Shown here: one piece after another, positions 51,422-64,000 of the stretch
Layout: every line of letters starts with the position of its first letter
How positions within the stretch are numbered: the stretch's first letter is position 1
NCBI GenBank assembly: GCA_965285935.1
Contig: OZ260667.1
Span: 42,222,001-42,286,000, forward strand
Direction: 5' to 3'
Length of the DNA: 64,000 nucleotides
Source of the DNA: Ophelia neglecta
Lineage: Eukaryota
Notes under the pieces: generated by a model
The model's input: only the letters and a program-made list of their open reading frames with translations
Databases searched by the model: none
What the model was told of the DNA's origin: nothing
Translations under genes and position numbers: made by a program

Positions 51422-53256
51422 GATAGCCATCACACGTGTAATTACACGTTATAAGTATAGGTAAGATGCTCTGCCTCTTGTCTGATGTAGGCAAGCACAC
51501 TCAATTGAAAGAAATTAAACGATGTTTATTTGTTAGAAATTAGATATTTCTAGCACAAGTGCAATCCTTGTGGAACTTCTCATTGTGATGTAGGTGCTGT
51601 TAGTTCACTTTAACTTCGTAAACTATCGCAAAGATAACAAGCAAACGATGTTATATATTTCATTCTCTTTTCCTTTCAGGATCCATATGCATTTGCACTT
51701 ACGGGCTAAATGAAAGTTTTTTAACGAGTTAAACCTTTGAAAAGACTGAATCTTTAAAAAAAAACTGCATCCAGTGACCCTGCGGTAAATTGGTACTGCA
51801 CACACCTAGCATGTGTGTATCACGTGATTCGAAGGAGGATTCTGAGTTATTCATATAGTGCTATGCTTAAGGAATGTCAAAAGAGGTAAGATCAGCACTA
51901 CTTCATAAATTATATTGTATTTCACATTCCTTGTGCTTATATTTCTTTGTGCTGGGAGTATTTATTTTCTTTTTTCCCCACTCATTTAGAAAGAAGCCTA
52001 TTTGAAACAGCGGTTAAATGTTGAAATGTGAATAGTATTTGTCGCCTGTCATGCAAATAGTTACATTTTTTTCCTATTGGAATCAGAGTTATATTTACTG
52101 ACAGAGTTGTATATTGTCTCCGAAGTACATCCCATGTCGTTTGCTTCAATAAACAACGCGATGACCACAAGAGATGCCCAAAAGATAGTTCGCAAAGAAG
52201 CATAAAGATGTTGATCTTTCTATGGATTAACTACTAGATTGTGTTTAATAGTCTGATGGGACGTGATCATGGACAACTGTTGCCTATTTCTCATTGCCAG
52301 TGATTTTAAATGTTATTTTTGTTATTTCTAATTCATTACAAGCACATTTACAGTTAGGCGGCATCGCATTTGTGATTGTGAACCTGCAGCCCAAGTTTAC
52401 TGATCATCTCGCTTTATGTGGAGGTTTTCCACTCCTAATTTTTTAATTGCTTGCAAAGTCCAAGACTTTAAAAACTTACTTATAAATTAGATATAAATTG
52501 GTACATGTACCTCTGTGTGTACTTGCTATTTAAACCATTCTTAGAAATATTTAGTTTATACCATCTGGCGAGCAATTTAAGAACAGGGCTACGTGTCTTG
52601 CCAACATCAGACTCAGAGGCACGCCATCTTGTACAGCTAGCAGGCCATTCATACACACAAACGTAGGCCTACTAAGTGTGGTCATAGGAAAAAAGTGATT
52701 GCTTATTTCTCTTCGCGGCCATCTCATCTAGTCTTTGGTTATGTTGGTCAAGCTTGACCTTTGCAGTCTAACAATTTCTTTCCTCAATATAGCTATTCCC
52801 ATGTCTGCCACCTTCTCCTTCATGTACAAATGAGGCCAGTCAAGAAATACGTATCAGGAATATTGATCTGTTTTCTGCTATTAATTTTAGAGTTTTACTT
52901 GGGCAATAACAGTGTGGCATTGAGGCGTTATGGCCTGATAGAATTGTATAAAGTGCGAAGGCGAAGCCCGAAATCATTATACTTTTCTGAATAGGTATAT
53001 TAATGACCGTCCCTCCAATATATATTAGGTGTTCATTTATACTGCAATGGGGTGTATATCCAATTAATTTTTTTTTTTAGAAAAAAAGGACGTGGGGCCT
53101 AGATTATTCAATTTAGAAAATTTGAACATTGAAGATATTCATCAAAAGCTCAACAAATAATAACATGTACTTTGGAGCATGGTATATAGGTAATACATTA
53201 TATCAAAGAAATTAAACTGAAAATACTCCGTTAGATTACAGCGGAAGTCCTAATCC

Positions 53257-53314
53257 ACCGCAACGCGCAACGATTGTTGGTTCGAGTCCCAGCCAAGTAA
53301 CCAAACACCTTTGA
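53257..53314 (+). mobile_element. tRNA-derived SINE-like remnant (Pol III B-box)
   Basis: GGTTCGAGTCCC (53279-53290) is followed by AGCCAAGT..CACCTTTGA, shared with the copy at 54053-54103. No cloverleaf is apparent. Confidence 0.5.
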
Positions 53315-54052
53315 CATTCAATTTAAAAAGAACCTAATTTGGGGATTTGGATTTCCTTTGTAGATTTAAATAGGACAATATGGCCAAGCATATAATGATG
53401 AATATAATATCCTTCCTCGATTTCAATAAATTCATACTACTATAACGACTAGCTACCCAATAGAACACACATCCCCTTTGTTCAGTGGTGACAGTTGCAA
53501 TTGAACCGACAGTTTTGGTGGCTGGGAGGAATGAATTGATTGATTTGTTTTCGTGGTAAGAAAATAAAACAACCAATCAAATGTTCATGTTGTTATGAAA
53601 TAGACCAGCATATAAATCACAGTATAAACAAATGTTATCCATAGTCACAATGTCCTTCAATATATGCATAATATAATTATGGCACAGGATAACATCAACC
53701 TATAAAAAAGAGAAAGAAATTCCACGTACCAGACATAACTTTGCAAAGAGACACATTCAATAATCATGCAACACATGGACTGAGTCATTAAATATCACTC
53801 TCCAGAAAAACAACACATCGCCCTCGACTAAAAAGATATAAATTCAGAATCCTCAATACTTTGGAGTAAGTTGCTATAGAAGTCACTACACAGTACTTTA
53901 AATGTTGGCAAATTATCACAAGCCTTTACATTTGCAAGAAGCTCATTCAAATACTTGGCACTCAGAAAGGCATATGCCCTTTGGCCATAGACACCTTCTC
54001 TTAGCAAAACAACAAAGATACAGTCGCTGATATCCTTGTGCTAGGTGGTGCT

Positions 54053-54103
54053 ACCGCAAGTGTTGTGGGTTCGGATCCCAGCCAAGTCAATAAGCACCTT
54101 TGA
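54053..54103 (+). mobile_element. tRNA-derived SINE-like remnant, second copy
   Basis: ACCGCAA...GGTTCGGATCCCAGCCAAGTCAATAAGCACCTTTGA is homologous to 53257-53314. Confidence 0.5.
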
Positions 54104-54439
54104 ATTTTGTTAATAAATGATAGATATTTGGACAGTTTTGACCCATATTATTAAATGTACGTGCAAGGAAAACTCCTGGTGCACACGTGATTATGGATAC
54201 AGTTGGTTGAATCATGTTAGACGCGTTAATAATTTGCCACAGACGTGGTAAGGACGTGGTAAGAGGTGCTAAATTAGTTTATTCATGAGTTTCATGGGAT
54301 TTTTTGCTGCGTTCTTAAAGATTTTTAAGTCACCCCTTAAAATGAGTCATTGACTGTCTTGCTAGTTGTTATGTATCGGATTTTGTCCAGAACGGAGGCG
54401 GAAGTCCGGGGTATTTCTGAGTGATGGACCACCATGGAA

Positions 54440-54696
54440 ATAAGTTTTGTATTAAACTTTCTGGTGCTATCCCTTTCACTGGGTTACATATCTGTGTCAT
54501 ATCCGTGGTTTGTGCTCATCGGTGCAGTCTAAAATTGATGGTGCTATTTGTGATCTCATTAAAGTCAGGCATGCTGGTCATTGTATGGGTTTTATTGCCT
54601 TATTTTTATTTTGAGGATGTATGTTCGATCTGTGATATATTGTACACTATGTTTTTACAGTGAATAAACTCAACTAAACTAAACTAAAACAAAACA
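54440..54696 (+). mobile_element. Probable degraded LINE 3' end
   Basis: AATAAA at 54663 is followed by an (ACTAA)n-like tail. Upstream frames give ..AICDLIKVRH../..FEDVCSICDILYT, reminiscent of a LINE ORF2 C-terminus. Confidence 0.4.
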
Positions 54697-54744
54697 ATCG
54701 TCCGCAAGTCTAGCGCTAGTGCTGGGGGGGGGGGGGGCTAATTT

Positions 54745-54855
54745 TATGGTTAGGAAAAGGGTCAGGGACTGGTTTATATAGGTCTAGTGTTGTGTCTTAA
54801 TCTCGGAATTTACCTTTGCAAAGCTCCGCGCCGTCCGAATATTACAAAGGCACCC
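54745..54855 (-). mobile_element. Second, inverted partial copy of the 44955-45170 family
   Basis: The reverse complement GCGCGGAGCTTTGCAAAGGTAAATTCCGAGATTAAGACACAACACTAGACCTATATAAACCAGTCCCTGACCCTTTTCCTAACC aligns with 44977-45059, GCGCGGAGCCTTGCGGAGGTACATCCCGAAATAAGAACAGAGCACTAGACCTATTAAACTTGCCCCTAACCCTTCCCCTAACC. Confidence 0.75.
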
Positions 54856-57800
54856 AGTCGGCTGCAATTTCAAATGGGAGCCCACCAATGCCATGTCGGC
54901 GTCAAAACCACGAAATGTCCGCTCGAAGGGGAAACAAGCTATCTTATTGGCTGTCCAACGCCGCATGTATCCGCCGGTCGGTGGAGATTTTAATGAAGAC
55001 TTACTTCATTCAGGCAAAAACCGTCCATACATACCAGTCTCTCCTGATGAGAGGGTGCGCAAAACCTTCTATATTCTACTCGCAAGTTGTGTCAAATTAC
55101 CTTTAGATTACACACAACTGCATGCAGGCTGACTTCCTGTTCTTTCAAAAGCTGTCAGAATCCCCCAATCAAGACAGGAAGCCCGTGGCAGACTTCGTTT
55201 TCTTGTCAAATGCTCATCAAAATTGACCCTATATCTATTGCAAATTATTGTCGAATATCCCGTGTGACAGATTTATAGTGGCAGATATCAAATCTCTGAA
55301 CGAGAATTGGTTTTATTTACAAAGGTATCCTTCCTTATCTTATCACAATATTGCGAGGTGTTGGGCAGCAGGAACAAGATTTACCAGAAAGTCTACGAGC
55401 AGATTAAACCGGGATCGAAAGGGCTGTCCCGTTTATTTTGACGTGGAACCTGAAATATTCAAAGTTAGAAAACAACAATAAAGGTTCGAAACACAAATAT
55501 ACTTCACTGGCCCAAGGGGAAAGTGAATAATATGATTATTTTTATGTCAATTGTTGATGATTGCATTGTTTTAACCAATGTTTTATTTCCTTTGTTCGGT
55601 AACTTCAAAGACCACGATACAGCAAATATTTATTTGTACTATTTTCGAGTGCTGAGCTGGGCAAATCCCTACAAGAAATTTATACCTTACCGTTGAAATG
55701 ATTTTGTTGCTCGACAACTCAAACGTTGTTTTATGAAAACATGTTTTCAGTATACTAGGTAATGACAATAGTATACATAATTATAGAACATTGCTAGGCT
55801 TGTAAGGTGGCAGTGGAACTTTGAATTATTATGAAATCCACATCCCTAATCCTGTCACTCTCCAACACTTACTTATTTTATGCGTGTCCTATTCGATATT
55901 TCATTGTATCACTTCCTAACATTTGTTATGTACATTATGCCAAGTTTTCCGCATCTTTCAACTGCTAATGCACTTCGTAAAATGAAGCTCCTGGCACAGC
56001 CATTTATTACGTTGATGGAAGGTGCATTTTATTTATGTATAATTCACGATGCTTTCTTCGCTAACTGTTGCATATTTGATTGGAACACATTTGTTGACAG
56101 AATGTCAAAGAAGGAGGTATAAAGAAAACTCGTAAAATGAAGGCCGATGGACCACAATGGATCAGCCAAAGGCCTTGGCCGATTCAGTGCTTTTCAGGCC
56201 TAGTCAAGATTTTTTCCACTCAGCCTTGTGGTTCAGAGTGTTTAGAGCAGGTCGAATGGTACGTAGAAATGTAGGCGTGAAACATAGAGTATTAAAGTTG
56301 TGTATCGAGGTGAAGGGGGAATAAGGGTGGCCTAATCTACTTGAGTTCGTGTATATATTCTATCAGCGAGGTTAAACTGAAAGTAATAATGATTGAACAA
56401 GTTTATTCTGAATAGAAGATGCAAATCAATCAGAATAAAGCTATCCCCACCTCCTCCTCAAAGAGAATACCCGCTACACAGCATTTCATGAACTAAATAA
56501 ATGTTAAAACTGAAAAGATGATATTTAGGCTGTGAATGAATAAAAAAACTTTCCTATAGCCTCAGCTTTTTCAGCACTTTAATAGTAAGAACTGGAGATT
56601 CCCTTACCAAACCACAAGAAACCGTGTGTCTGGTTATATTCCCTTTGACATTATATGCTCGTATACACCTGCCTCCCAATCGTCCGAGTGCCTTAAGAAG
56701 TAACATGTCTTTGCACTTGCCCAGCATTTGGCAAACGTTGAGATGATTTTCAGTGCTAGAAGGATGCATATGGGAAAACTGATAACTGTTTAAGGAATTT
56801 ATAATATCGGATAAGGTGCAGTTTAGCGACATATTTATATAAGCACTTTCACATACTAGTATGACTGTTAACAGACATGACATCCTTCTTGCGTAAAATA
56901 TCTCATTCGAACTTGTTTCTTTGAATTGATTGGTACCTTGATGAGAATGCAAAAATATATCATGATGCAATGTACAGCTGAGCAATTTAATAATTAAATT
57001 GAGTGACCCATACTATTCGAAGCTATGTCAAAGAGAAGCGAAGAACAATTCCTATGGAATGATAACAGAAAATATACCAAGTTTATCCAATCTTGAAGGA
57101 AGTAAATAATATTACTTTAGTAGAGCCAAACCGTATAAACTAAATCAGCAAAAACTAAGTGCGATAGTATCTCATAAATTAAAAACATTGTCCTTAAAAG
57201 TCCAGCCCCCAAAGGTCAGTATGTACAGGTCCTACTTTTGCCACAAAGATGTTTATCGCCACTTTCCTCCACACATTCAGACTCTACTTTTACAGGGTGA
57301 CGAGGGAGCAGGACCAAACGTCATCTTCGGCCCGTAGGCCTATATTTGGGAGGTCACGAAAGGGCATTCTGCTCATTATTAGAAAAGTTGCTGGGTTATA
57401 TTTCGAAACTTTTTGAAGTTGCGACTTTTCTCAAGAAGCAAGCCTAGTATCGGAGCTTGTCTTAATTGCCGCGATCAGGTGTATTTTTGGCCTCTTAAAT
57501 CCCCCCTTACTAGAATTACCCCTTTTTGAATAACAGGGTTAAATGTAACGAAATTATTTCAAATTAATTGCCACTCTAGACATGTTGGTCCGAAACCTAT
57601 CGGAATCAATTAAACTACATCCCTGTCCTCAAAAATCTTCGACGAATCGTACTTTATCTTAAAAGTAGGCCCAACTCGACAATCGCAAGGTTGAAATTGT
57701 AAGTTTGCAGCAGTAAACTTGAGCACAGCATGGACTTTTTTAAAAGATACATAATAAGTTTGGCAGACTAACAAACAGAACTATTTATCTTTGCAGTTGT

Positions 57801-60800
57801 GTCTGAATTTCTTAGGTTAGATAGCTGCACATGCACAAGTAGGAAATGAAAGATTTATCCCCTTTCAAACACTCTGCTACAATATGATTTCATAGACCAT
57901 CGACTCGCCACTTCCTGTCTCATTCAATGCTTCTCCCACAATCCCACACCCGTTTCCCTATGGCATTATATAACTACTCAGGAGAACCATGCTTTTCGAA
58001 GCTAGAGTCTGCTTCGTTCAGATCTCTGCCGGCAGTAGTTCTATTTTGGAATGAACTCTTCACATGTGTCAGATAATGCCAAGAGCAAGGAGATGTCCTC
58101 AAATAAATGAATTTGGCAACTACAGACAGCTTTAAATCTAATATTTTAGACGTAAATCATCGCTGTTTCTAGAAACCATATAATCATGTTCTGGATGATT
58201 CACAGTATGCTCTGTATGAAATAATACAGTTGTCGATTTTTCCTTAAATGGCTTGAGGCCATCTTGTCGAAAACCAAAGATTGCTTTTTTAGCTCGGTTA
58301 TACATAATCATATTGCGTGTAAAACCAACAGAATATATTTATTATTAGGAAAATATTCGAATGCAGTGGCTCTGTTGGGGACTAGTTATTAATAGGAGAG
58401 AGGATATGTGCCTCTACTACAAACCTCAGTCGACATCAAGTTTATGCTGCAAATCGGGTGTAGATAACCGGCAGACAAAAACAAATCATGTTTCTAGAAT
58501 ATTCAATTAAATAGCTCCGAATCAACAGGAACCAACGCTTAACATTTTCGAAATTTGTCTACTACCGTACTGCGGTAAATAAATCATTAAATAAAACAGT
58601 CAGAGGCTTAAATGGGCGAAAGATTCTGAAGCAGTAATGGTATATAGTATGAAACTACAGTTGCATTGTGATAGGCAATCTATTTGGCGCGGTAATGTGT
58701 TGTGTCTGATCTTGATTCGCGATATATCGCTACCAGTGACAGGCACCGATTCTCCTGCTTGGGGATTTGACAGAGCACGTGTCGGATTCTCTATGGTACA
58801 GGGAAAGCAGCAAACTTTCCAGTGTGATACGCGTGAATTACTTTCTCTTTCGAATACCACGTGACACTGCAATTCGAATAGTCATGATTGGAAATCTACT
58901 TGAAGGCAACATAACAGCCTCGAGCACACTATTTGGGTATATGCAGAATCGCCAGTGGAAAGAAATAGGTTCAGTTTGGTCGTATATTATCTGAGTGTCG
59001 TAAGCGTCAGTGGAAAAAAGCAAACTTAGCTTCATAACAGTCATTGGCCGTAAATATGTCCGGAATTAGAAACTTAAAGTATTAAAGTATGTTTCCTCCT
59101 CAGGAAACTATGACTACGTTAGCCCCAATTTCTTCAAAAACAGGAAATCACAAATGTTTGTTAGCCCGTTCAAAAAAATGTTCAGGTATGTCAATATCTG
59201 TCATGTTACCCGCCGTGCTTTCACGATATGCACTGGCACGTATACAATGTCATGCTTCATTCAGGCATGAGTAGATTTTATAACTATTTTTACCTCTTGT
59301 TATTTCCTAATTTTCGATGCACATAATTTTAATCTGAAGGCAGAGAACTGTTTTTTCCCGCAGTAAATGTCTCATGGTAACATGTTTTACAGAGATTAGC
59401 ACAACTAAATAGTGCTTTGCAGCTCCGATTATCACCGTAGTGAGAATTGTCTTGGTTGTTTTATGGCAAAGCCCGCAAGGTTCGTGGCATCGTATGTTGC
59501 ATACAGCTAATGAAAACTGAAGGTCCAAAGGGGTTACCTGATAGGACAAAACAAAAAGCATTAGAAGAAATGTGTTCACGCTACCAACAGAAATGTATCA
59601 TCATGATCGACTTGTTCAATACAGTTCTGTCGTTTGTACTTGCTTGAACATTGACTAATTTTAACCCTTTTTGATTAAAGTTGTTGCTTTGGATTACTAG
59701 AAGTCATTTGTCGAAACCTTTTGTCAGTCAAACGCCAAGTGCAGGGTAAGCTAAAAATAAGAAATCAGCTTTGCAGCAACGACTAAGGGGGAATCCATCT
59801 TTCTCAATTTGATGTTCGTGATTTCGGGTCATTTCAACAATTTCAACAAACATTTCTTCATTGATGGTTATAATATCAACGACAATGGCATTATCCATCG
59901 CTAATCCATTGGTCACATGTTTCAGTATTATCTGATCCTGTTAAGGACATATATCTGAAGGTTTTATCTTAAGGTTCTTTGCATGATATCGGAATATCAG
60001 AATTTGTTTTAAATTTCGTTTGAGGAATTTCAAATGTGCATAGTAAGTGAATCGCAACTCTTAACTCTTTGTCGATGGTTTCATTTTCATTAAGTACCCA
60101 CAGGTTCTTACTTGGGTTGTTCACAATGCAATGATCCAAAATGGGGATTTTTTCTTTTGAAATTTGAATTCAATAAATTCAATTCAAATTTATTTATTTG
60201 TCTATCAAACTACATGTAGTCAAGCACCTAATATGGATTCATATAATGTAATGTTATTTGACCTCAATCTGTTTTCCACGGTTCTATTTAGAAAATGTTT
60301 TTGGACTCATGGTGGAATTGCGGTGTAAGATACACTCTACTTTAGTACAAAACAATGGCTCGTTTATGTTGGCTTTATAAACTGCATTAACATATTGATA
60401 TCTTCGCCATTTTGTTTCCCAGAAGGCTTGGTCAATCACACCGGATACTTCAGCCACAGACTAATGCCACATTGGCGGGGACAATCCTCTTAATGGCATA
60501 ATGGAGCCATTGAAATCCCGAACATGTGAGAGGAATTCGCCCTAACCAAAAAATGTATCTCCGCTCTGAGTTAATGGGAACAACCCTGCTGTCACAAGTA
60601 TGCGCTTTGGAAATTATTATTCTTAAACAGCAGTTTCATATATAAAAGGATGTTTTTGATATGACTAGGGGCACATTTAACTTGTGCTTTGAAATGGTCC
60701 CTCCAAGTACAGTTTCTCCGTCACCAACAGTTTGCTTAATGCTCTTTGCTTAAATGATTCTAAGGTGTTGCATGCTTCCTGGTTTTCTTTATTTTGATAT

Positions 60801-63800
60801 GTTTATCATGGAGTTTTATCACACCTGCAATCTCAAGGAACGTAAACCTGTCATTGATGTTATATTTGTAGTATATACAGCCTAAAGCATTCTTACAAAT
60901 TGGAAAATCCCGATAATTTCAATTTCGCCTGGCTGTTCTCAAAATTCTTATTAAAGACACTGTTGAAAGGCAATTGACTTAGAGGCATACGTCATTTTCC
61001 CGACCTAATGAAAGTAAACAGCGCATACCTGTCTAAACACGTGTAATATAGTTTGCACAATTCTAGGTTGCACCACGGGGCCCAGATTTTCTGTTAGTAA
61101 CATTACATTTCTTGTGACCTTTTTAAAATTGAATCTTTGCATCTACATGAGATTAACTCTCAGAAGCAAGCAGGTACTGTGAAATGGATAAATAAGTTAA
61201 GGTACATTTAAACTCCTTTTTGCAGTTAGCTATATCCATAACAAAGGTTTAATTCATTCTTAAGCTACAGGAGTAAAAATGCCATATGCAATTTAAGTGT
61301 ATTCACAGTTTCAATTTAATGTGTAGAAAAAGAAGGATAATTGAAAATGTGAATTAAAGATGCCGTGTCCTTAACAAAAGGGTTTATTCGTTTCTAGGAT
61401 TGTGTTCCACACCATATGCCGCGTTCAAACATGGTACTGATAATATCCTAATCATTCGGATCGATCGAATTTAATATTGTTGATCACATATTTTCTCCTC
61501 CACTCTCGTGTTTAGAGCATGGCTAAGGACTGGCTAAAACCTAGTTCTTCTAATATAAAGGCACTTAGTTATACATATGTTCTTGAACCTTCTTAACCAA
61601 TACTAGAATACAATGCTTAATATTGCTTACAAACGCTTAAGAATTTCTTTGTTCCTACGGTTACTTAAGGCATTAAACACAATACACGGTATCTCTTGGC
61701 GGCTCCTGGTGAATTTAAATGTAATGTGCTTTAAGTACAATCGGCTACCCATCAACCTAAAGCTGTAACCTATTCTTCAGAGATGAAACTCATTAGAAAG
61801 TATGTTTACTCGTTTTATAAACACAGACATATATTAAACAGAGATGAGCAGGGTTATCTAGGTTATTGTCCTGTTCCAATATGATACCGTGTTTGCTGCC
61901 GAATCATGTCGTATTTATTATTAATGTCCGTTCATTTCCTTGCGGCGCTCCAGAACGCCTTGCTAGGAGCACGCCTGTTGGCGCCTTTGCCAGCAAGAAC
62001 TCTATGAGAAGCAAATGTCGTAAAGGGATTTGTAGTACTTTGGCGTAAGTGGGCGCAAAGCATTGCCGGTAGAGAAAAGCACAGCCATATCAGGGCCGTA
62101 TTACAGGCTAAGACACCAGAATGTCATTTTTGTATGGCATTTCTTTGCGGAATTTGGTTCAAACCCTCTTGCTGTATGGCCGAAGAATATTCGAGCAAAT
62201 CGATCATTGGTGAATCTGTGTCCACCTAATTAGAAGGATAATTGCTAGTGTGCCATTTAATACGGTTTTGGTAAAGAATATTTGATTACCAAAAAATTGG
62301 GAAAACAAGGCTTCAGGCTATAAAATGTAATAAGGAATCAACCATACGGAGGTAAGTTTGACCCATTTTTAATAATTTTCACATGTGGAATTATTTTAGC
62401 CTCCATGACTTCGATCGTTAATAAAATGAATAGCATTGGACCATTCGCCATCTTCAACTCGCGGTAAGGTTTATAATATTCAAGCTTATTTCTCAGAGAA
62501 GGTGCCCTGAGGTAAACATTAGGCCATTTGCCATATTTACGTTTGAAAATGTTATTTGCGATTATTTCCAATCTTGTGATTAGTAAGTCTTTTCAGTGTT
62601 CATAATTCCTAAGAAGGAGCAGACCAGTAAAAGAAATAATTTGAACATAGATACATTTGTGAACACCAATGAGGAAGTCCCCAACTGCCCCCTTCAATAT
62701 GAAAATGTATTTCCAGTTTTTCATGTGTGTGTTGCTATTAACCGTGATGCTCCTTATTTGGAACTTATCTTAAAAAGCTTTACTTTAATATTAATGAGTC
62801 TCTTGCCATTTAATCGGGTTCGAATCACCCCCAGACATAAATTTTCGTTTTCCGCTGGCTGTTTGAAAAAAACGGGTAAACCAACCTTTTTTAGATTTTT
62901 TACTTTGGAATTGCCATGACGACAGATTTGGACAAAATGTAAAAATAAATTGTGTATGACCACGACATAGCTCAGCGCCCGGAACTTACCGGACGCTGGT
63001 CTTTGTAGTTTAAGGAAGCGCTAATGGGTATATGCATTCAAGATCCACAGGAAGCTATCGCCTATTTAGGTATTAGAGTTGTGGTTAGTATATTTTGGTG
63101 AATAAAATCTTAAGACTTTCTAATTTTACGATGTATTTACTTTTAATATGTTAAAAAAAAATCTATTGAAAGTTGATATTCACAGAAAATTTAACTTTAA
63201 GTATTTATAGTTAAATTGAAAATACACCTTCAGTTCTTGTCTTCTGGCAGTTCAGACATGCATCGATTAAACTTCGATGAAATAATGAATATTAAGATTG
63301 TCACCTGGTTCTCAGCAAACGAGAAACATTTTAGATAATATGTGGACTTGTTATATGATATTTGCCCCAAGCCAGCGACACCATCGAGTTAACGGTCACT
63401 TTGTTACAGTACCAACGGTAGTTGCACAGTGCCGGGCACTTCTGCTCACTGAGCCTTGTCAATATTGACAGTGTTTGCCAGCCTCCCTTCTTATAACCAT
63501 ATTAATGGTTCAGTTCTTGGCAGAATCAGCTTACAATTGGTATTATAGAAGGCTCCAAGGGCTGCCATCTACTTGTGGATAGGTCCTCAAAGGTCTTATA
63601 GTTTCAGAATAGTCTTGAGAATGATTTAAGCCCTCTTTGTAACCAGGGATACCCCTCGGTTTTTTTCACAATTACGGCAAACACTTAAACTGTTATATTC
63701 GTGTGTGTGTATGTGTGTGGGCGGGGGGGGGGGGGAGGTGTCACCAGTCTGCTACGGTCCCTGAATTGAGTCGTCAAGTTATCAAGGTATGTATACCTGA

Positions 63801-64000
63801 CACTAAGGGGCTTACTTGCCTAACAACTCATCGTGAGCAGTAGAAATGCGCCATTTTCATTTTATTCCACATTTGATCCAATTAAAGTTGGGATGGTTTT
63901 CTAGGGTATTAACATATAATCCTATTAACACAAAAATGCTACCAGGCTCAAAAACAGGTCTCCTGGACAGTGTTTCGTACCGTACCACCTTGTTTGAAGT

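Noticed and set aside
53279-53290. tRNA gene
   Set aside because: Only a B-box is present; no acceptor, D or anticodon stems could be formed.
8139-63762. Scattered piggyBac-, Kolobok-, hAT- and Harbinger-like termini (e.g. 25270, 26146, 46120, 46635, 47370, 63755)
   Set aside because: They are single short ends without a matching partner TIR or TSD, so they cannot be delimited by eye.
1-64000. CRISPR array, rRNA
   Set aside because: I saw no regularly spaced repeat-spacer array and no conserved rRNA segments.

Overview
This is AT-rich eukaryotic DNA, most likely intergenic or intronic sequence from a marine invertebrate (inferred from the repeat families). I recognise no complete host gene, rRNA, tRNA or CRISPR array. 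The dominant structure is a pair of divergently oriented, 5'-truncated non-LTR retrotransposons of the RTE/RTEX-like type at about 11.5-15.4 kb. The + strand copy (13287-15246) keeps an uninterrupted RT-to-zinc-finger reading frame. It is flanked by a perfect 128-bp direct repeat (13159-13286 and 15247-15374), best read as a very long target-site duplication (TSD). The left copy of that repeat supplies an in-frame ATG in strong Kozak context, giving a 576-aa flank-plus-RT chimeric ORF. The - strand copy (about 11496-12741) is older and disabled. The rest of the window holds an L2 3' fragment, other LINE tails, two copies of a CCCTAA-containing MITE-like family, a fold-back element, tRNA-SINE-like B-box remnants, another two-copy dispersed repeat, many long G/C homopolymers and a few weak exon candidates. 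Nearly all short ORFs in the track look like noise.
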